IMG/VR virus record: IMGVR_UViG_3300044676_001092
Span: 1-34,200 of that record
DNA: 34,200 nucleotides
Source of the DNA: a virus
Lineage: Duplodnaviria; Caudoviricetes
Reading direction: 5' to 3' (one strand)
Below, piece by piece: positions 7,043 to 17,075 of this stretch. Position numbers and translations under genes: made by a program. Each line of letters begins with the position of its first letter. Position 1 is the stretch's first letter. The notes under the pieces are model-generated. The model ran no database searches. It was not told the origin of the DNA and saw only the letters and a program-made list of their open reading frames with translations.

Positions 7043-8316
7043 CGCATATAGAGATCCCATATGAGCCCCGGGAGTTGCAGCGCAAGTTGCACAACGAGAT
7101 GTCGGAGAAGCGTTGGGGCGTAGTTGTGTGTCACCGGCGTTTTGGCAAGACGGTGTGGGCTATCAATCATATTCTGCGTGATGCGTTAATGTGCCAGAAG
7201 CCTAACCCCAGGTTCGCGTATATGGCCCCCACGTATAGGCAAGCTAAGAATGTAGCCTGGGATTATATAAAACAGTTTGCGGGTGCTATACCGAATGTGA
7301 AGTTTCACGAGACTGAATTGCGGTGTGATCTGCCTACTGGCGCCAGGATCTCGTTGTTAGGCGCTGAGAACCCGGATAGCTTGCGCGGGATTTACCTGGA
7401 TGGCTGTGTGATGGATGAGGTCGCTGACATGCCGGAGAATGTGTTTCCGGAGGTATTGAGGCCGGCGCTTTCTGATCGTAAGGGCTGGTGCGTGTTCGTT
7501 GGCACCCCGAAGGGGCATGATGCTTTCTTTGAAAAGTACGAGGAAGCTACATCGAATAATGATTGGTTAGCGGCTGTTTACAAGGCGAGTGAGACCGGGA
7601 TCCTCGATGATGAGGAATTGGAAGCGGCTAAGGTTATGATGTCGGCGGATCAGTATGCCCAGGAATTTGAGTGCAGCTGGAACGCGAATGTGCCTGGTGC
7701 GGTTTATGGTAAGGAGATGGAAGCGGCTCAGTCGGAGGGGCGTATTTCCAATGTGCCGTATGACCCAAGTGTCCGGGTGGATACCTGGTGGGATCTCGGA
7801 GTTGGAGACAGTACTGCGATATTCTTTACGCAGACTGTGGGACGTGCTATACATGTGATAGATTATTACGAAGCCAGGGGCGAGGGCTTGCCGCACTATT
7901 GTAAGGTTCTTGCTTCTAAGAATTATTTGTACGGCGAGCACAATGCTCCGCACGACATTGAGGTTCGGGAGCTTGGTAGTGGTAAGAGTAGGAGAGAGGT
8001 CGCTTGGGATCTAGGTTTGAATTTCCGGGTTGTTCCCAAGTTACCTGTAGAGGATGGCATACATGCGGCTCAGATGTTGTTGCCGCGTGCGTGGTTTGAC
8101 AGAGAGAAGTGTAAGCATGGGATTGAATGTTTGCGGCAATATCACAGGGCGTATAACGAGCGCACTCGAAGCTTTAGGGCGTCGCCTGTGCATGATTGGT
8201 CGAGCCATGCAGCGGATGCTTTCAGATATTTGGCGGTTGGCTTGCGAGAGAGTGGGGGGCGTATGCAAAAGCCTCAACAGCAAGCGGTTATGGATTATGA
8301 CCCTTTTGCGGCGTAG
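7039..8316 (+). CDS. terL: Terminase large subunit
   Basis: Walker A HRRFGKT, Walker B GCVMDE, GTP coupling motif, nuclease WDLG and SHAADAFRY; GAGGAG RBS, TTG start. Confidence 0.96.
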   Translation: MTHIEIPYEPRELQRKLHNEMSEKRWGVVVCHRRFGKTVWAINHILRDALMCQKPNPRFAYMAPTYRQAKNVAWDYIKQFAGAIPNVKFHETELRCDLPTGARISLLGAENPDSLRGIYLDGCVMDEVADMPENVFPEVLRPALSDRKGWCVFVGTPKGHDAFFEKYEEATSNNDWLAAVYKASETGILDDEELEAAKVMMSADQYAQEFECSWNANVPGAVYGKEMEAAQSEGRISNVPYDPSVRVDTWWDLGVGDSTAIFFTQTVGRAIHVIDYYEARGEGLPHYCKVLASKNYLYGEHNAPHDIEVRELGSGKSRREVAWDLGLNFRVVPKLPVEDGIHAAQMLLPRAWFDREKCKHGIECLRQYHRAYNERTRSFRASPVHDWSSHAADAFRYLAVGLRESGGRMQKPQQQAVMDYDPFAA

Positions 8317-8326
8317 GAGATAGATC

Positions 8327-8866
8327 ATGGCAGAAGAAGAAAAAGTTAAATGGCGGCTTGGTCAGCAAAAGACGTTTGGCATTGAAGCGATTGACCGTCC
8401 TAACTTGCGAGAGATGCAAGAGTACATTACTGGCAAGGACATGCTAGAGTTTTATGATACGGCTTCTAAGGAAGAGATCCGGGCTGTAAATAAGCTTGCT
8501 TCTGATATTATTTACGGTGGTCGTGGCTCTCGGGTTTCTGCTTCTCAGTATGATGAACTTCTAAGCAGTAAAGATTACCAAACAAAAATGCGGAAAATGG
8601 GCACTCAGGTAATGGATCTCGCTAACACCAGTACGCGAGAAGCTAAGTTGCGGCTAAAGGCTATGGGCTTGCAGTCGCAAGTAGATTTGCCCGAAGGTGC
8701 TTTGCCTATGTCATTTAATCAAATGCCAAAGAGCGCAACGCCACCAAAGGAAACTAAGCCAAGCATTAGTGACTCTGAGGATGGGCCAGCGGATGAGGCT
8801 GGTACTGGTGGGCTTCTTGTTTCAAAAGCACCTTTGCGCAAAAAGCGCTCATTGCTAGGAGGGTAA
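8327..8866 (+). CDS. Hypothetical protein, probable small virion protein
   Basis: AGGAG RBS; between terL and portal; ends LRKKRSLLGG. Confidence 0.75.
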   Translation: MAEEEKVKWRLGQQKTFGIEAIDRPNLREMQEYITGKDMLEFYDTASKEEIRAVNKLASDIIYGGRGSRVSASQYDELLSSKDYQTKMRKMGTQVMDLANTSTREAKLRLKAMGLQSQVDLPEGALPMSFNQMPKSATPPKETKPSISDSEDGPADEAGTGGLLVSKAPLRKKRSLLGG

Positions 8867-8869
8867 GAT

Positions 8870-9481
8870 ATGGCATGGAAAGATAGTCCATTTAATCCAA
8901 AAAATTGGGGCGGCGGTAGTTCTAATAACAATTCTACACCTGGGACGCCTAGTGGCGTGAATAGTACATCGTCATCAACGAACAGCGGCGATAGTATTCA
9001 AGTAAGTCAGCCTTTAGGTGGTCGCGGTTCTGAAAGTTTACTAAGTAAGCCTAAAAACTCCGCGCTTGATGACTTGCAGATGGATTTGGGCTTAAAGCCA
9101 AAGAATGATGTTTATTATCGTGACTTAGCTGATCGCTCGGCGCGCTCACAGGATATGATGGAGCGAATGCAGAGTTCAAGCGATAATGACTCGAGCCCGG
9201 CCCCTAAAGAAGAAGTGAAGGAAGAAGCCCCGGTCGAGGAAGAGGTCAGCATTTATGATGCAGACATTGATCGTTTGACGCAAATGATTGACGATCTTTC
9301 CAAGCAGATCTCAAGTCAAAGCTTTGATAGGGGCTACGTTTCTGGGCCAGCAGAGCAAAAAGCTGTAGATATTGAGGAGAAGGGGCAAAAGGGCGGTACT
9401 GTACTAACGGCTCCTCGAGGCATTGTGGATGCTGAGGATATGGCAAGATTGCGCAAGAAGCGCTCTTTGTTAGCGGGGTAG
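8870..9481 (+). CDS. Hypothetical low-complexity protein, probable small virion protein
   Basis: GGAGG RBS; TVLTAPRG...LRKKRSLLAG C-terminus. Confidence 0.75.
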   Translation: MAWKDSPFNPKNWGGGSSNNNSTPGTPSGVNSTSSSTNSGDSIQVSQPLGGRGSESLLSKPKNSALDDLQMDLGLKPKNDVYYRDLADRSARSQDMMERMQSSSDNDSSPAPKEEVKEEAPVEEEVSIYDADIDRLTQMIDDLSKQISSQSFDRGYVSGPAEQKAVDIEEKGQKGGTVLTAPRGIVDAEDMARLRKKRSLLAG

Positions 9482-9483
9482 GT

Positions 9484-9687
9484 ATGATTAAAAGCATGAA
9501 GCGCCCACAAAACTTGGCTGGTATTATGGGGAAAGATGCATCTCAGCCAGCGCAGATGGGTATGCAAGAAACGGTTGACCCGATAGAGCGCATGAACCAG
9601 AAGATGGCAGGGCGCACACAAGGCGGCTCGACAAAGCCCTCTAAGAAGCGCAGAGTTAGCTTAATGAATAGTTATGGAATGAGATAA
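9484..9687 (+). CDS. Small basic protein
   Basis: Tightly packed; TAATG overlap with the portal start; ends KKRRVSLMNSYGMR. Confidence 0.7.
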   Translation: MIKSMKRPQNLAGIMGKDASQPAQMGMQETVDPIERMNQKMAGRTQGGSTKPSKKRRVSLMNSYGMR

Positions 9688-11291
9688 TGGCACAAATAAA
9701 TCCCCTGGTATCTCGGCTAAACACGCGCTATCAAACGCTCAAAACGCAGCGCTCTAATTGGGAGCAGCACTGGCAACAGCTTGCCGACTATATGCTGCCC
9801 AGGAAAGCTGACATTGTTAAGAAGCGCACCCAGGGGGATAAGCGTACAGATCTAATTTATGATGGTACGGCTATTCATGCTGTTGAATTGTTATCATCTT
9901 CTTTGCATGGAATGCTGACATCGCCAAGTACACCTTGGTTTTCTATGCGTTACCGTGACCCGGAGTTGCAGCAGAATGACGCGGCAAACGAGTGGCTCGA
10001 GACATGCATCGATCAAATGTACCAGGCGTTTCATAGATCTAACTTTCAGCAAGAGATCCATGAGCTGTATTATGACCTGGTTGTGTTCGGCACCGGTGCT
10101 CTTTACGTCGAAAGCGAAGAGGATGGCTTGCGATTTGCTTGCCGACACATTGCTGAGATCTGTATAAGTGAGGATCCGAGTGGTCGTGTTGATACGATTT
10201 ACCGGACGTTCAAGCTGTCAGCGCGCGCTATTGCCATGCAGTTTGGCGAGGAAAATGTACCGGCGCGGGTAACAAAAGATCTCAAAGACAATCCATACGC
10301 GGAGCATGAGCTTGTTCATGCGGTGTATCCTCGAGATGGAAAGCCCGGGAGCGTGGCGGAACGCAAGCCGATTGCATCGGTTTACTACTTGAAAGATGGT
10401 TTGCACCTACTAAGGGAAAGCGGATTTGATGAGTTCCCTTTCATGGTTCCCCGGTTTGTTAAAGACAGCGTTAGCCAGTACGGTAGATCCCCGGCGATGA
10501 CTGCCCTGCCGGATGTTAAAATGCTTAACAAGATGTCAGAGACAACGATTAAAGCAGCACAAAAGCAGATCGATCCGCCTCTTATGGCGCCTGACGATGG
10601 CTTTACGTTGCCAATTAGAACGACGCCAGGATCCTTGAACTTTTATCGTTCTGGGACAAGAGACCGGCTTGAGCCGTTACAAATTGCAGCAAACAATCCG
10701 CTCGGCCTAAACATGGAAGAGCAGAGGCGCAACGCAATCCGGCAAGCGTTCTATGTAGACCAGCTCTTGATCGGGCAAGGCCCGACGATGACGGCTACTG
10801 AGGTGTTGCAGAGGAATGAGGAAAAGATGCGCCTACTCGGGCCTGTGTTGGGCCGTCTACAGGCGGAGCTGCTCCAGCCCCTGATTTCCCGCTCCTTTGC
10901 ACTGCTCCTCCGGGCCGGTCTCCTCCCTGCGGCTCCGGAGGAGCTCCAAGGACAGGACATTGACATCGAGTATGTTTCTCCGTTGGCAAAAGCTCAGAAG
11001 CAAACTGATTTGCAATCTATGTTGCGCGGTTTTGAGATTATGATGCAGATGTCAGAAATTGCGCCGGTTATGGATTACCTGGACGATGACAAGTTGGTTC
11101 AGTACCTGGTCGAAGTAACTGGAATGCCGGCGCGTGTTATACGCAGCCAAACTGAGGTAGCTGTTATGCGTGAAGAGCGCGCGGCTGCGCAGCAAGAGCA
11201 AATGCAGATGCAGCAACAAATGCAGATGCTGCAAGCCGTTGGTGAAGCAGCGCCTGGCGTAGCTAAAGCACAAGAGGCTGGGTTATTATGA
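9687..11291 (+). CDS. Portal (head-to-tail connector) protein
   Basis: 534 aa; DLVVFGTG, YGRSPAMTALPD, MTATEV, EYVSPLAKAQ motifs of T7/BPP-1-type connectors. Confidence 0.95.
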   Translation: MAQINPLVSRLNTRYQTLKTQRSNWEQHWQQLADYMLPRKADIVKKRTQGDKRTDLIYDGTAIHAVELLSSSLHGMLTSPSTPWFSMRYRDPELQQNDAANEWLETCIDQMYQAFHRSNFQQEIHELYYDLVVFGTGALYVESEEDGLRFACRHIAEICISEDPSGRVDTIYRTFKLSARAIAMQFGEENVPARVTKDLKDNPYAEHELVHAVYPRDGKPGSVAERKPIASVYYLKDGLHLLRESGFDEFPFMVPRFVKDSVSQYGRSPAMTALPDVKMLNKMSETTIKAAQKQIDPPLMAPDDGFTLPIRTTPGSLNFYRSGTRDRLEPLQIAANNPLGLNMEEQRRNAIRQAFYVDQLLIGQGPTMTATEVLQRNEEKMRLLGPVLGRLQAELLQPLISRSFALLLRAGLLPAAPEELQGQDIDIEYVSPLAKAQKQTDLQSMLRGFEIMMQMSEIAPVMDYLDDDKLVQYLVEVTGMPARVIRSQTEVAVMREERAAAQQEQMQMQQQMQMLQAVGEAAPGVAKAQEAGLL

Positions 11292-11500
11292 TCGACAAGA
11301 TAAAAGAGCTTAAACTATCGTACCGCCGCACATTTAATACAGATGATGGCGAGGTAGTCTTGCGCGATCTAAAAAGCAGATTTGGTTATGAGACCACAAC
11401 TTTTTCCGGCGATCCTTATGAGAGTGCATTTAATGAAGGACAACGCGCAGCGGTGCTGTTGATCGTCCGGATGTTGTCCGAAGGGAAGGAAACACAATGA
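11288..11500 (+). CDS. Bbp19-like small protein
   Basis: YRRTFNTDDGEVVLRDL...AFNEGQR; conserved position after the portal. Confidence 0.8.
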   Translation: MIDKIKELKLSYRRTFNTDDGEVVLRDLKSRFGYETTTFSGDPYESAFNEGQRAAVLLIVRMLSEGKETQ

Positions 11501-12324
11501 GCGAAGAAGCAGCAGTTACAGAAGCCGCAGAACCGGTAGAAGCTCCAGTTGCAGCCGAGGCCCAGGTTGCAGAGCCAGCGCAAACGAGCTGGCTGGATAG
11601 CCTTGATGAAGAATATAGAAGCAACCCACTTATCAACAAGTGGCCTACGGTGAATGATCTTGCAAAAACGCACCTAAATGCGCAAAAGTTCTTAGGCGCT
11701 GAGAAGGTGGCGAAGCCTTCTAACAGTTGGTCAGACGACCAGTATGAAGAATTTTACAATACGATAGGTCGCCCGGAAAGCCCGGACATGTACGAGAACA
11801 CACTCGAGTCACGCTACAATGACGACGAGATCTCGGGATTGCGGCAAATGGCTTTTGAGATGGGCTTGCACCCGCGTCAGTTTGAGAAAATGGCTGGCTA
11901 TCTAGCAAACAACGCAGATCAAAGCGTCGATGCCAGAAACGAGCTGTTAGAGAAAAACGCTTACGAAGCGGAGCAAGTTCTCAGACAGGAATACGGTCAG
12001 GCTTTTGAGCAAAAGAAAGATCTTGCTCAAAGAACGGCAAAGCTTGTTCTCGGCGAAAACAATATGGATATTTTTGAAGCTGAGCTTTCTAATGGCTTGC
12101 TCGTTGGCGACCACCCGGCAATGGTCAAAATGTTTATAGATCTTGCTTCCCGAATGGGAGAGGACAACGTTGTTGGCGAGACCACAGAGTTAGTTATGAC
12201 GCCCCAGGAGGCACAGCGTCAGATAAATGAACACATGCGCCCTGGCACGGCGTACACGGTATCAGACCATCCAGAACATGCCGCAGCAGTTGCTGAGGTA
12301 AATCGTCTGTTTGGGTTTGTATAG
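11497..12324 (+). CDS. Capsid scaffolding protein
   Basis: Acidic and helical; GRPESPD.Y and HPEHAAAVAEVNRLF; between portal and capsid. Confidence 0.85.
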   Translation: MSEEAAVTEAAEPVEAPVAAEAQVAEPAQTSWLDSLDEEYRSNPLINKWPTVNDLAKTHLNAQKFLGAEKVAKPSNSWSDDQYEEFYNTIGRPESPDMYENTLESRYNDDEISGLRQMAFEMGLHPRQFEKMAGYLANNADQSVDARNELLEKNAYEAEQVLRQEYGQAFEQKKDLAQRTAKLVLGENNMDIFEAELSNGLLVGDHPAMVKMFIDLASRMGEDNVVGETTELVMTPQEAQRQINEHMRPGTAYTVSDHPEHAAAVAEVNRLFGFV

Positions 12325-12411
12325 TGGATAACCGAAAGGCCCACGACACAAGCTTGTGCGTCAAGCGGATTAGCTGCCCTAAGCAGTAGCACGGCCCCGA
12401 AAGGGATAACC
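12324..12411 (+). promoter_or_regulatory. Structured mRNA leader of the major capsid gene
   Basis: Four predicted hairpins, two with GAAA tetraloops and the same AUAA/C internal loop. Confidence 0.6.
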
Positions 12412-12454
12412 AAGCGCAGCAACTTGAACTGTAACAAATGTAGGAGATGACGGT

Positions 12455-13321
12455 ATGTCTACTCAAATTACTACAGCTTTTGTCAATCAGTTTTCTGCAA
12501 ATATCCAGATGCTATCACAGCAGATGGGTTCTCTGCTGCGTTCAGCGGTAGATGTAGAAAGCGTTAATGGCGAGAAAGCTTTCTTTGACCAAGTAGGATC
12601 AGCGGCTGCTGTTCTACGCACATCGCGTCATGCGGATACACCGTTGGTGGAAACACCACACTCACGCCGTATGGTAACAATGTCTGACTATGAGTATGCG
12701 GATCTGATCGACGATCAGGACAAAGTTCGCTTGCTTGCTGATCCGACATCAACATATAGCCGGGCAGCTGCTGCCGCTATGGGACGCGCAATGGATGATG
12801 TCATCATCTCAGCGGCTCTAGGTACAGCCTTCACTGGCAAGGATGGCTCAACATCAACAGCGTTTGACACATCAAACAACCAGATTGCAGCAGCTTCTGG
12901 CGGTTTGACACTAGCAAAGTTGATCGAAGCTAAGGAAATCTTGGACAGCGGAAACGTTGACCCAAGCATTCCGCGTCACATTGTTGTTTCTCCAAAGCAG
13001 ATCACTGATTTGTTGAACAACACAACAGTGACATCAAGCGACTACAACACTGTAAAAGCGCTTGCGATGGGTGAAATCAACAGCTTTGTTGGCTTTAACT
13101 TTATCGTATCTAACCGTTTGGGTGTTGATGGTTCTTCTGACCGCCGTGTGATTGCATTCGCTCAGGACGGCATCAAGTGTGCGATTGGTAAAGAGCCAGC
13201 AGCGCGCATTGATGAACGTGCCGACAAGTCTTATGCAACGCAAGTTTACTACTGTCAGTCAGTAGGTGCGACACGCATGGAAGAAGCCAAAGTCGTCGAA
13301 ATCCTTTGCCAAGAGTCATAA
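12455..13321 (+). CDS. Major capsid protein
   Basis: AGGAG RBS; FVNQFSANIQMLSQQMGSLLR, AAAAMGRAMDDVII, GATRMEEAKVV; synteny. Confidence 0.93.
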   Translation: MSTQITTAFVNQFSANIQMLSQQMGSLLRSAVDVESVNGEKAFFDQVGSAAAVLRTSRHADTPLVETPHSRRMVTMSDYEYADLIDDQDKVRLLADPTSTYSRAAAAAMGRAMDDVIISAALGTAFTGKDGSTSTAFDTSNNQIAAASGGLTLAKLIEAKEILDSGNVDPSIPRHIVVSPKQITDLLNNTTVTSSDYNTVKALAMGEINSFVGFNFIVSNRLGVDGSSDRRVIAFAQDGIKCAIGKEPAARIDERADKSYATQVYYCQSVGATRMEEAKVVEILCQES

Positions 13322-13333
13322 GGAGATTAAACA

Positions 13334-13795
13334 ATGGCTACTGTATATTCAGCACAACGCACAAACTCACGCGCAACTCCAGCCGTGATGAACAAAGCAA
13401 ATGAGCTTGGCGGTCGTATCCGCGTAGCTCATGGCACATACGAGGCATCTTCACTAGCGTCTGGTGACGTTATTGAGATGTTTGTCTTGCCTGATGGCGC
13501 ACGTTTGTTGACAGGTTCTTTGGCGCATGACGCGCTAAGCGCCTCAACAACATTGTCTGTAGGTTATGCGGCACACACAAATGCAGCGGGTACAGCGGTA
13601 TCTGCGGCAGCGGCGGCGTACAAAGCAGCAGCATCGTCTGCATCGGCAGCAAAAAATGACATCCTCGCAACTCTAGCTCTAGGCTCAGGCTCAGAGGTAG
13701 ACGCAAACGAAGATGGTATGCCTGTGACAGTCACAATGGGCGGTGCCGCTGGCACTGGAACCATTGAGCTGACTATCATGTATGTGGTAGACTAA
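13334..13795 (+). CDS. Putative capsid cement/decoration protein
   Basis: AAGGAG RBS; Ala/Gly/Thr-rich beta protein after the capsid gene and before a terminator. Confidence 0.7.
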   Translation: MATVYSAQRTNSRATPAVMNKANELGGRIRVAHGTYEASSLASGDVIEMFVLPDGARLLTGSLAHDALSASTTLSVGYAAHTNAAGTAVSAAAAAYKAAASSASAAKNDILATLALGSGSEVDANEDGMPVTVTMGGAAGTGTIELTIMYVVD

Positions 13796-13798
13796 TAT

Positions 13799-13827
13799 GA
13801 GCGGGGCGGGAAACCGCCCCCTCTTTT
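13799..13827 (+). terminator. Rho-independent terminator
   Basis: GGGGCGG-GAAA-CCGCCCC stem-loop followed by CTCTTTT. Confidence 0.85.
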
Positions 13828-13842
13828 ACATGGAGATAGTAA

Positions 13843-14448
13843 ATGACCAGTACCGTTGATATTGCGAATTACGCTTTGAATACTTTAGGTGCGAGTAATA
13901 TCTCCGCGCTTGACGAAAACAGCAAACCCGCGCGCATTGTTAATCAGCGCTTCAATAGTGTTCGCAATACTGTGTTTCGCGCTCATCCCTGGAACTGCCT
14001 TATTCGTAGGACAGAGCTTGCCCAGGAAGTAGATACCCCGGTGTTTGGTTATACATATCAATACCCATTGCCGACTAACCCATATTGTTTGCGCGTGTTA
14101 GAGTTTTCTAACGGCACACTTTCGTATCCCCAGGACAATATGTTTAACAATAGTGGTGGCCCGGTGTTTGTCATCGAGGGCCGTAAGCTTTTGACAGATG
14201 AAGGTACGGCAAAGATTAAATACGTTGCCGAGATAACAGATCCGCAAGAGTATGATGCAAATTTGATAGAAGCTCTCGCTGCACGATTGGCGATGGAGAT
14301 TTGTTATGCTATAACTGGATCAACGTCTATGATCCAAACGACTGCCGCGCTTTACGATGAGAAGCTTAAAGAAGCGAGATTTGTTGACGGGACAGAGGGC
14401 GCGCCTCAGAAGCTTGAGGCAAGCGAGTTTATTGAAGCGAGGTTCTAA
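13843..14448 (+). CDS. Tail tubular protein A (adaptor)
   Basis: VDIANYALNTLG, HPWNC, Y.YPLP...LRV motifs; synteny. Confidence 0.85.
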   Translation: MTSTVDIANYALNTLGASNISALDENSKPARIVNQRFNSVRNTVFRAHPWNCLIRRTELAQEVDTPVFGYTYQYPLPTNPYCLRVLEFSNGTLSYPQDNMFNNSGGPVFVIEGRKLLTDEGTAKIKYVAEITDPQEYDANLIEALAARLAMEICYAITGSTSMIQTTAALYDEKLKEARFVDGTEGAPQKLEASEFIEARF

Positions 14449-16452
14449 ATGGCTCGATCCGCTCCAGCACTTAGCACCTTCACCGCTGGTGAAATTTCTC
14501 CGCGCCTTGAGGGGCGCGTTTCTATAGAGAAGTACCGCGAGGGACTAGCTGACCTTACTAACATGATTGTGCAGCCTCACGGTGGCGTTACGCGCCGTCC
14601 TGGTACGGAATATCTTGGCGAAGTCAAAGACAGCTCTGTAAAGACGCGCCTTATACCGTTTGAGTTTAAAACTGCTGACACGTATATTCTTGAGTTTGGC
14701 AATCAAAATATGCGGGTTTTTCGTAATGGCCTCCAGGTTCTAAAGGGATCTGCCAAAGCGATTTCTGCCATCACTCAAGCAAACCCCGGCGTTTTAACAA
14801 CCGCTTCGCATGGATACAGCAACGGCGATGAAATCTATATTGATGACATTGTTGGTATGACTGAGTTGAATGGGCGCAACTATAAGGTTGCAAACGTGAC
14901 CAGCACGACATTTACGCTGCAAGATTTGTTTGGCAATGACATTGATACGACAAACCTGACAGCTTATACATCAGGCGGTGAAGCTGACGAGATCTATGAA
15001 ATATCTACGCCCTACGCATCGGCAGACATCTTTGATTTGCGTTTTGCCCAAAGCGCGGATGTTATGTACTTGGTTCATCCTAGCTATGATATTCGCACTC
15101 TTTCTCGCACCGATCACAATGCTTGGACGTTTAGCACTGCAACAATAACAGGCTCTCCATCTCCTGGCTTATCAGGTACTGACGACCGCCCTAGTGTGGT
15201 TACATTCTTTGAGCAACGTCTTGTTTTTGGCGCAACTAATAATAACCCGCAAAGTCTTTGGTTTTCTCAAAGCGCCGATTATCTCAATTTTACAACTGGC
15301 ACTGCCGCAGATGATGCGTTAATCTATACGATTGCATCGCAGAAAGTGAACGCTATTCGCTACTTGTCGCCTACAAGGGTTCTTACCATTGGAACGTCTG
15401 GCGGTGAATATGTCCTAACAACAACGAATGGTGGGCCTGTTACACCAACAGCAACAGTTATTCGTAAGTATAGCAACTATGGCTGCGTATCTAGCGAGCC
15501 TGTTCAGGTCGCAGATCTTACTTTGTTTGTGCAGCGTGGGGGCCGCAAGGTAAGAGAGTTTCAGTATGCTGGTGAAATCAATGTTGGGGCTTATGCTGCC
15601 GTTGACATAACGATTTTGTCAGAACATTTGACTGAGGGGGGCATTGCTGATTTTGCCTATCAGCAAGAGCCGGAAAGCATAGTTTGGGCGCTGCGCAATG
15701 ATGGCACTCTTCTTGGTTTAACGTATCGCCGGGAGGAGGAAGTTGTTGCCTGGCATAAACATGTAATCGGTGGCGAGTTTGACAGTGGGCAAGCTGTTGT
15801 TGAGAGTATTGCATCTTTGCCAACAGATAGCGGCGAGGATGAGCTGTATATGATTGTAAAGCGTACAATCAACGGGGCAACAAAGCGTTATGTAGAGCTT
15901 ATGAAGCCGTTTGATTTTGGCGATAATACGACAAGCGCGTTTTTTGTTGATAGCGGCCTTGCATATTCTGGATCTGCTGTTTCATCAGTTAAAGGTCTGT
16001 ACCACCTTGAAGGTGAAAGCGTTAGCGTCTTGGCAAATGGCGCTACGCACCCAGACGAAACTGTTAGCAGTGGCGGTATAGACTTTGACTTTAGCGTTAC
16101 ATCAGGCGCAATCGGGCTTGGCTACACAAGTCAAATGCAAACATTGCGGCTTGAAGCGGGTTCTTCTGATGGCACAAGTCAGGGTAAGCCTAAGCGTATC
16201 CATGACGTTACTGTACGCTTCCATGAAACTGTTGGTGCTGAGGTCGGCACTGATGCAAGTAACTTAGATCGCATATTCTTCCGGGACAGCTCTATGGCTA
16301 TGGATGAGGCGGTTCCATTGTTTACTGGCGACAAAGAGATCGAGTTCCCTGGTGGCTTTGATGATGACGCGCGTATCTTTGTGCGGCAGACGCAGCCTTT
16401 GCCCTTAACCGTTCTAGCGCTGTATCCGCGCTTGAATACATTTGACCTGTGA
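14449..16452 (+). CDS. Tail tubular protein B (nozzle) with E1-FCCH-like insertion
   Basis: FTAGEISPRL, GGVTRRPGT, AQSAD, FFEQRL, AWHKH motifs; insert ITQANPGVLTTASHGYSNGDEIYI..GMTELNG. Confidence 0.88.
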   Translation: MARSAPALSTFTAGEISPRLEGRVSIEKYREGLADLTNMIVQPHGGVTRRPGTEYLGEVKDSSVKTRLIPFEFKTADTYILEFGNQNMRVFRNGLQVLKGSAKAISAITQANPGVLTTASHGYSNGDEIYIDDIVGMTELNGRNYKVANVTSTTFTLQDLFGNDIDTTNLTAYTSGGEADEIYEISTPYASADIFDLRFAQSADVMYLVHPSYDIRTLSRTDHNAWTFSTATITGSPSPGLSGTDDRPSVVTFFEQRLVFGATNNNPQSLWFSQSADYLNFTTGTAADDALIYTIASQKVNAIRYLSPTRVLTIGTSGGEYVLTTTNGGPVTPTATVIRKYSNYGCVSSEPVQVADLTLFVQRGGRKVREFQYAGEINVGAYAAVDITILSEHLTEGGIADFAYQQEPESIVWALRNDGTLLGLTYRREEEVVAWHKHVIGGEFDSGQAVVESIASLPTDSGEDELYMIVKRTINGATKRYVELMKPFDFGDNTTSAFFVDSGLAYSGSAVSSVKGLYHLEGESVSVLANGATHPDETVSSGGIDFDFSVTSGAIGLGYTSQMQTLRLEAGSSDGTSQGKPKRIHDVTVRFHETVGAEVGTDASNLDRIFFRDSSMAMDEAVPLFTGDKEIEFPGGFDDDARIFVRQTQPLPLTVLALYPRLNTFDL

Positions 16453-16460
16453 GGTGACAA

Positions 16461-17075
16461 ATGATTGATAAGATATTTAAGGCAGTTTTTGGCCCAGAGG
16501 CTTTTTTGGTTAGCACTATGTTCGACATTTTTGGCGGTATCAGCCAAAAGAACGCCTCTAATAAAGCAGCGCAAAAAGCGCAAGAAATCGCAAACTTTAA
16601 CGCAGAAATCATATTACGTGATGTTGGTCTTTTAGACAAACAAGCTGACATTATAAACGCAAACGCCGTGCTCAGAGAGCGAATGGATCGCTACAACTTT
16701 GAGTTAATGCAAGGTGATGTGAAAGTTGGCTACGGCTACGGTGGCATTGATATTGCAGTCGGAACGCCAATTCGGGTGATGCGAGAGAACGCGCGAAACT
16801 TTGAGTTAGATATGCTTATCAATCAACGCAATGACACCATTGCATTGCAGCAGATAGAGGATGCAAAAGAGGATGCTGTACTGCAAGCTCAATTAGCTCA
16901 AATGGGCGGGGCCGCGCAAGCCTCTGCATTGCGCGCCCAAGGAACCCAGGCGCTTATAAACGCGGTCGGTTCAGCTGCAACAACAGCTTATAGACGTGGT
17001 GGATTTGATAGAACGCCAACACCTGTTTCTTCTAGCCTTACGGTTGGAGCGCGTCAGACAAGGATAAATGAATGA
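16461..17075 (+). CDS. Internal virion (ejection) protein, T7 gp14-like position
   Basis: GAGGTG RBS; Ala/Gln-rich helical, GIDIAVGTP motif; follows the nozzle gene. Confidence 0.7.
   Translation: MIDKIFKAVFGPEAFLVSTMFDIFGGISQKNASNKAAQKAQEIANFNAEIILRDVGLLDKQADIINANAVLRERMDRYNFELMQGDVKVGYGYGGIDIAVGTPIRVMRENARNFELDMLINQRNDTIALQQIEDAKEDAVLQAQLAQMGGAAQASALRAQGTQALINAVGSAATTAYRRGGFDRTPTPVSSSLTVGARQTRINE

Noticed and set aside
12324-12454. Hammerhead ribozyme or tRNA in the capsid leader
   Set aside because: No CUGANGA core and no cloverleaf or TTC loop; kept only as a structured leader.
13290-13334. T7-style programmed frameshift extending the capsid protein
   Set aside because: No slippery sequence near the stop, and the next gene has its own strong RBS.
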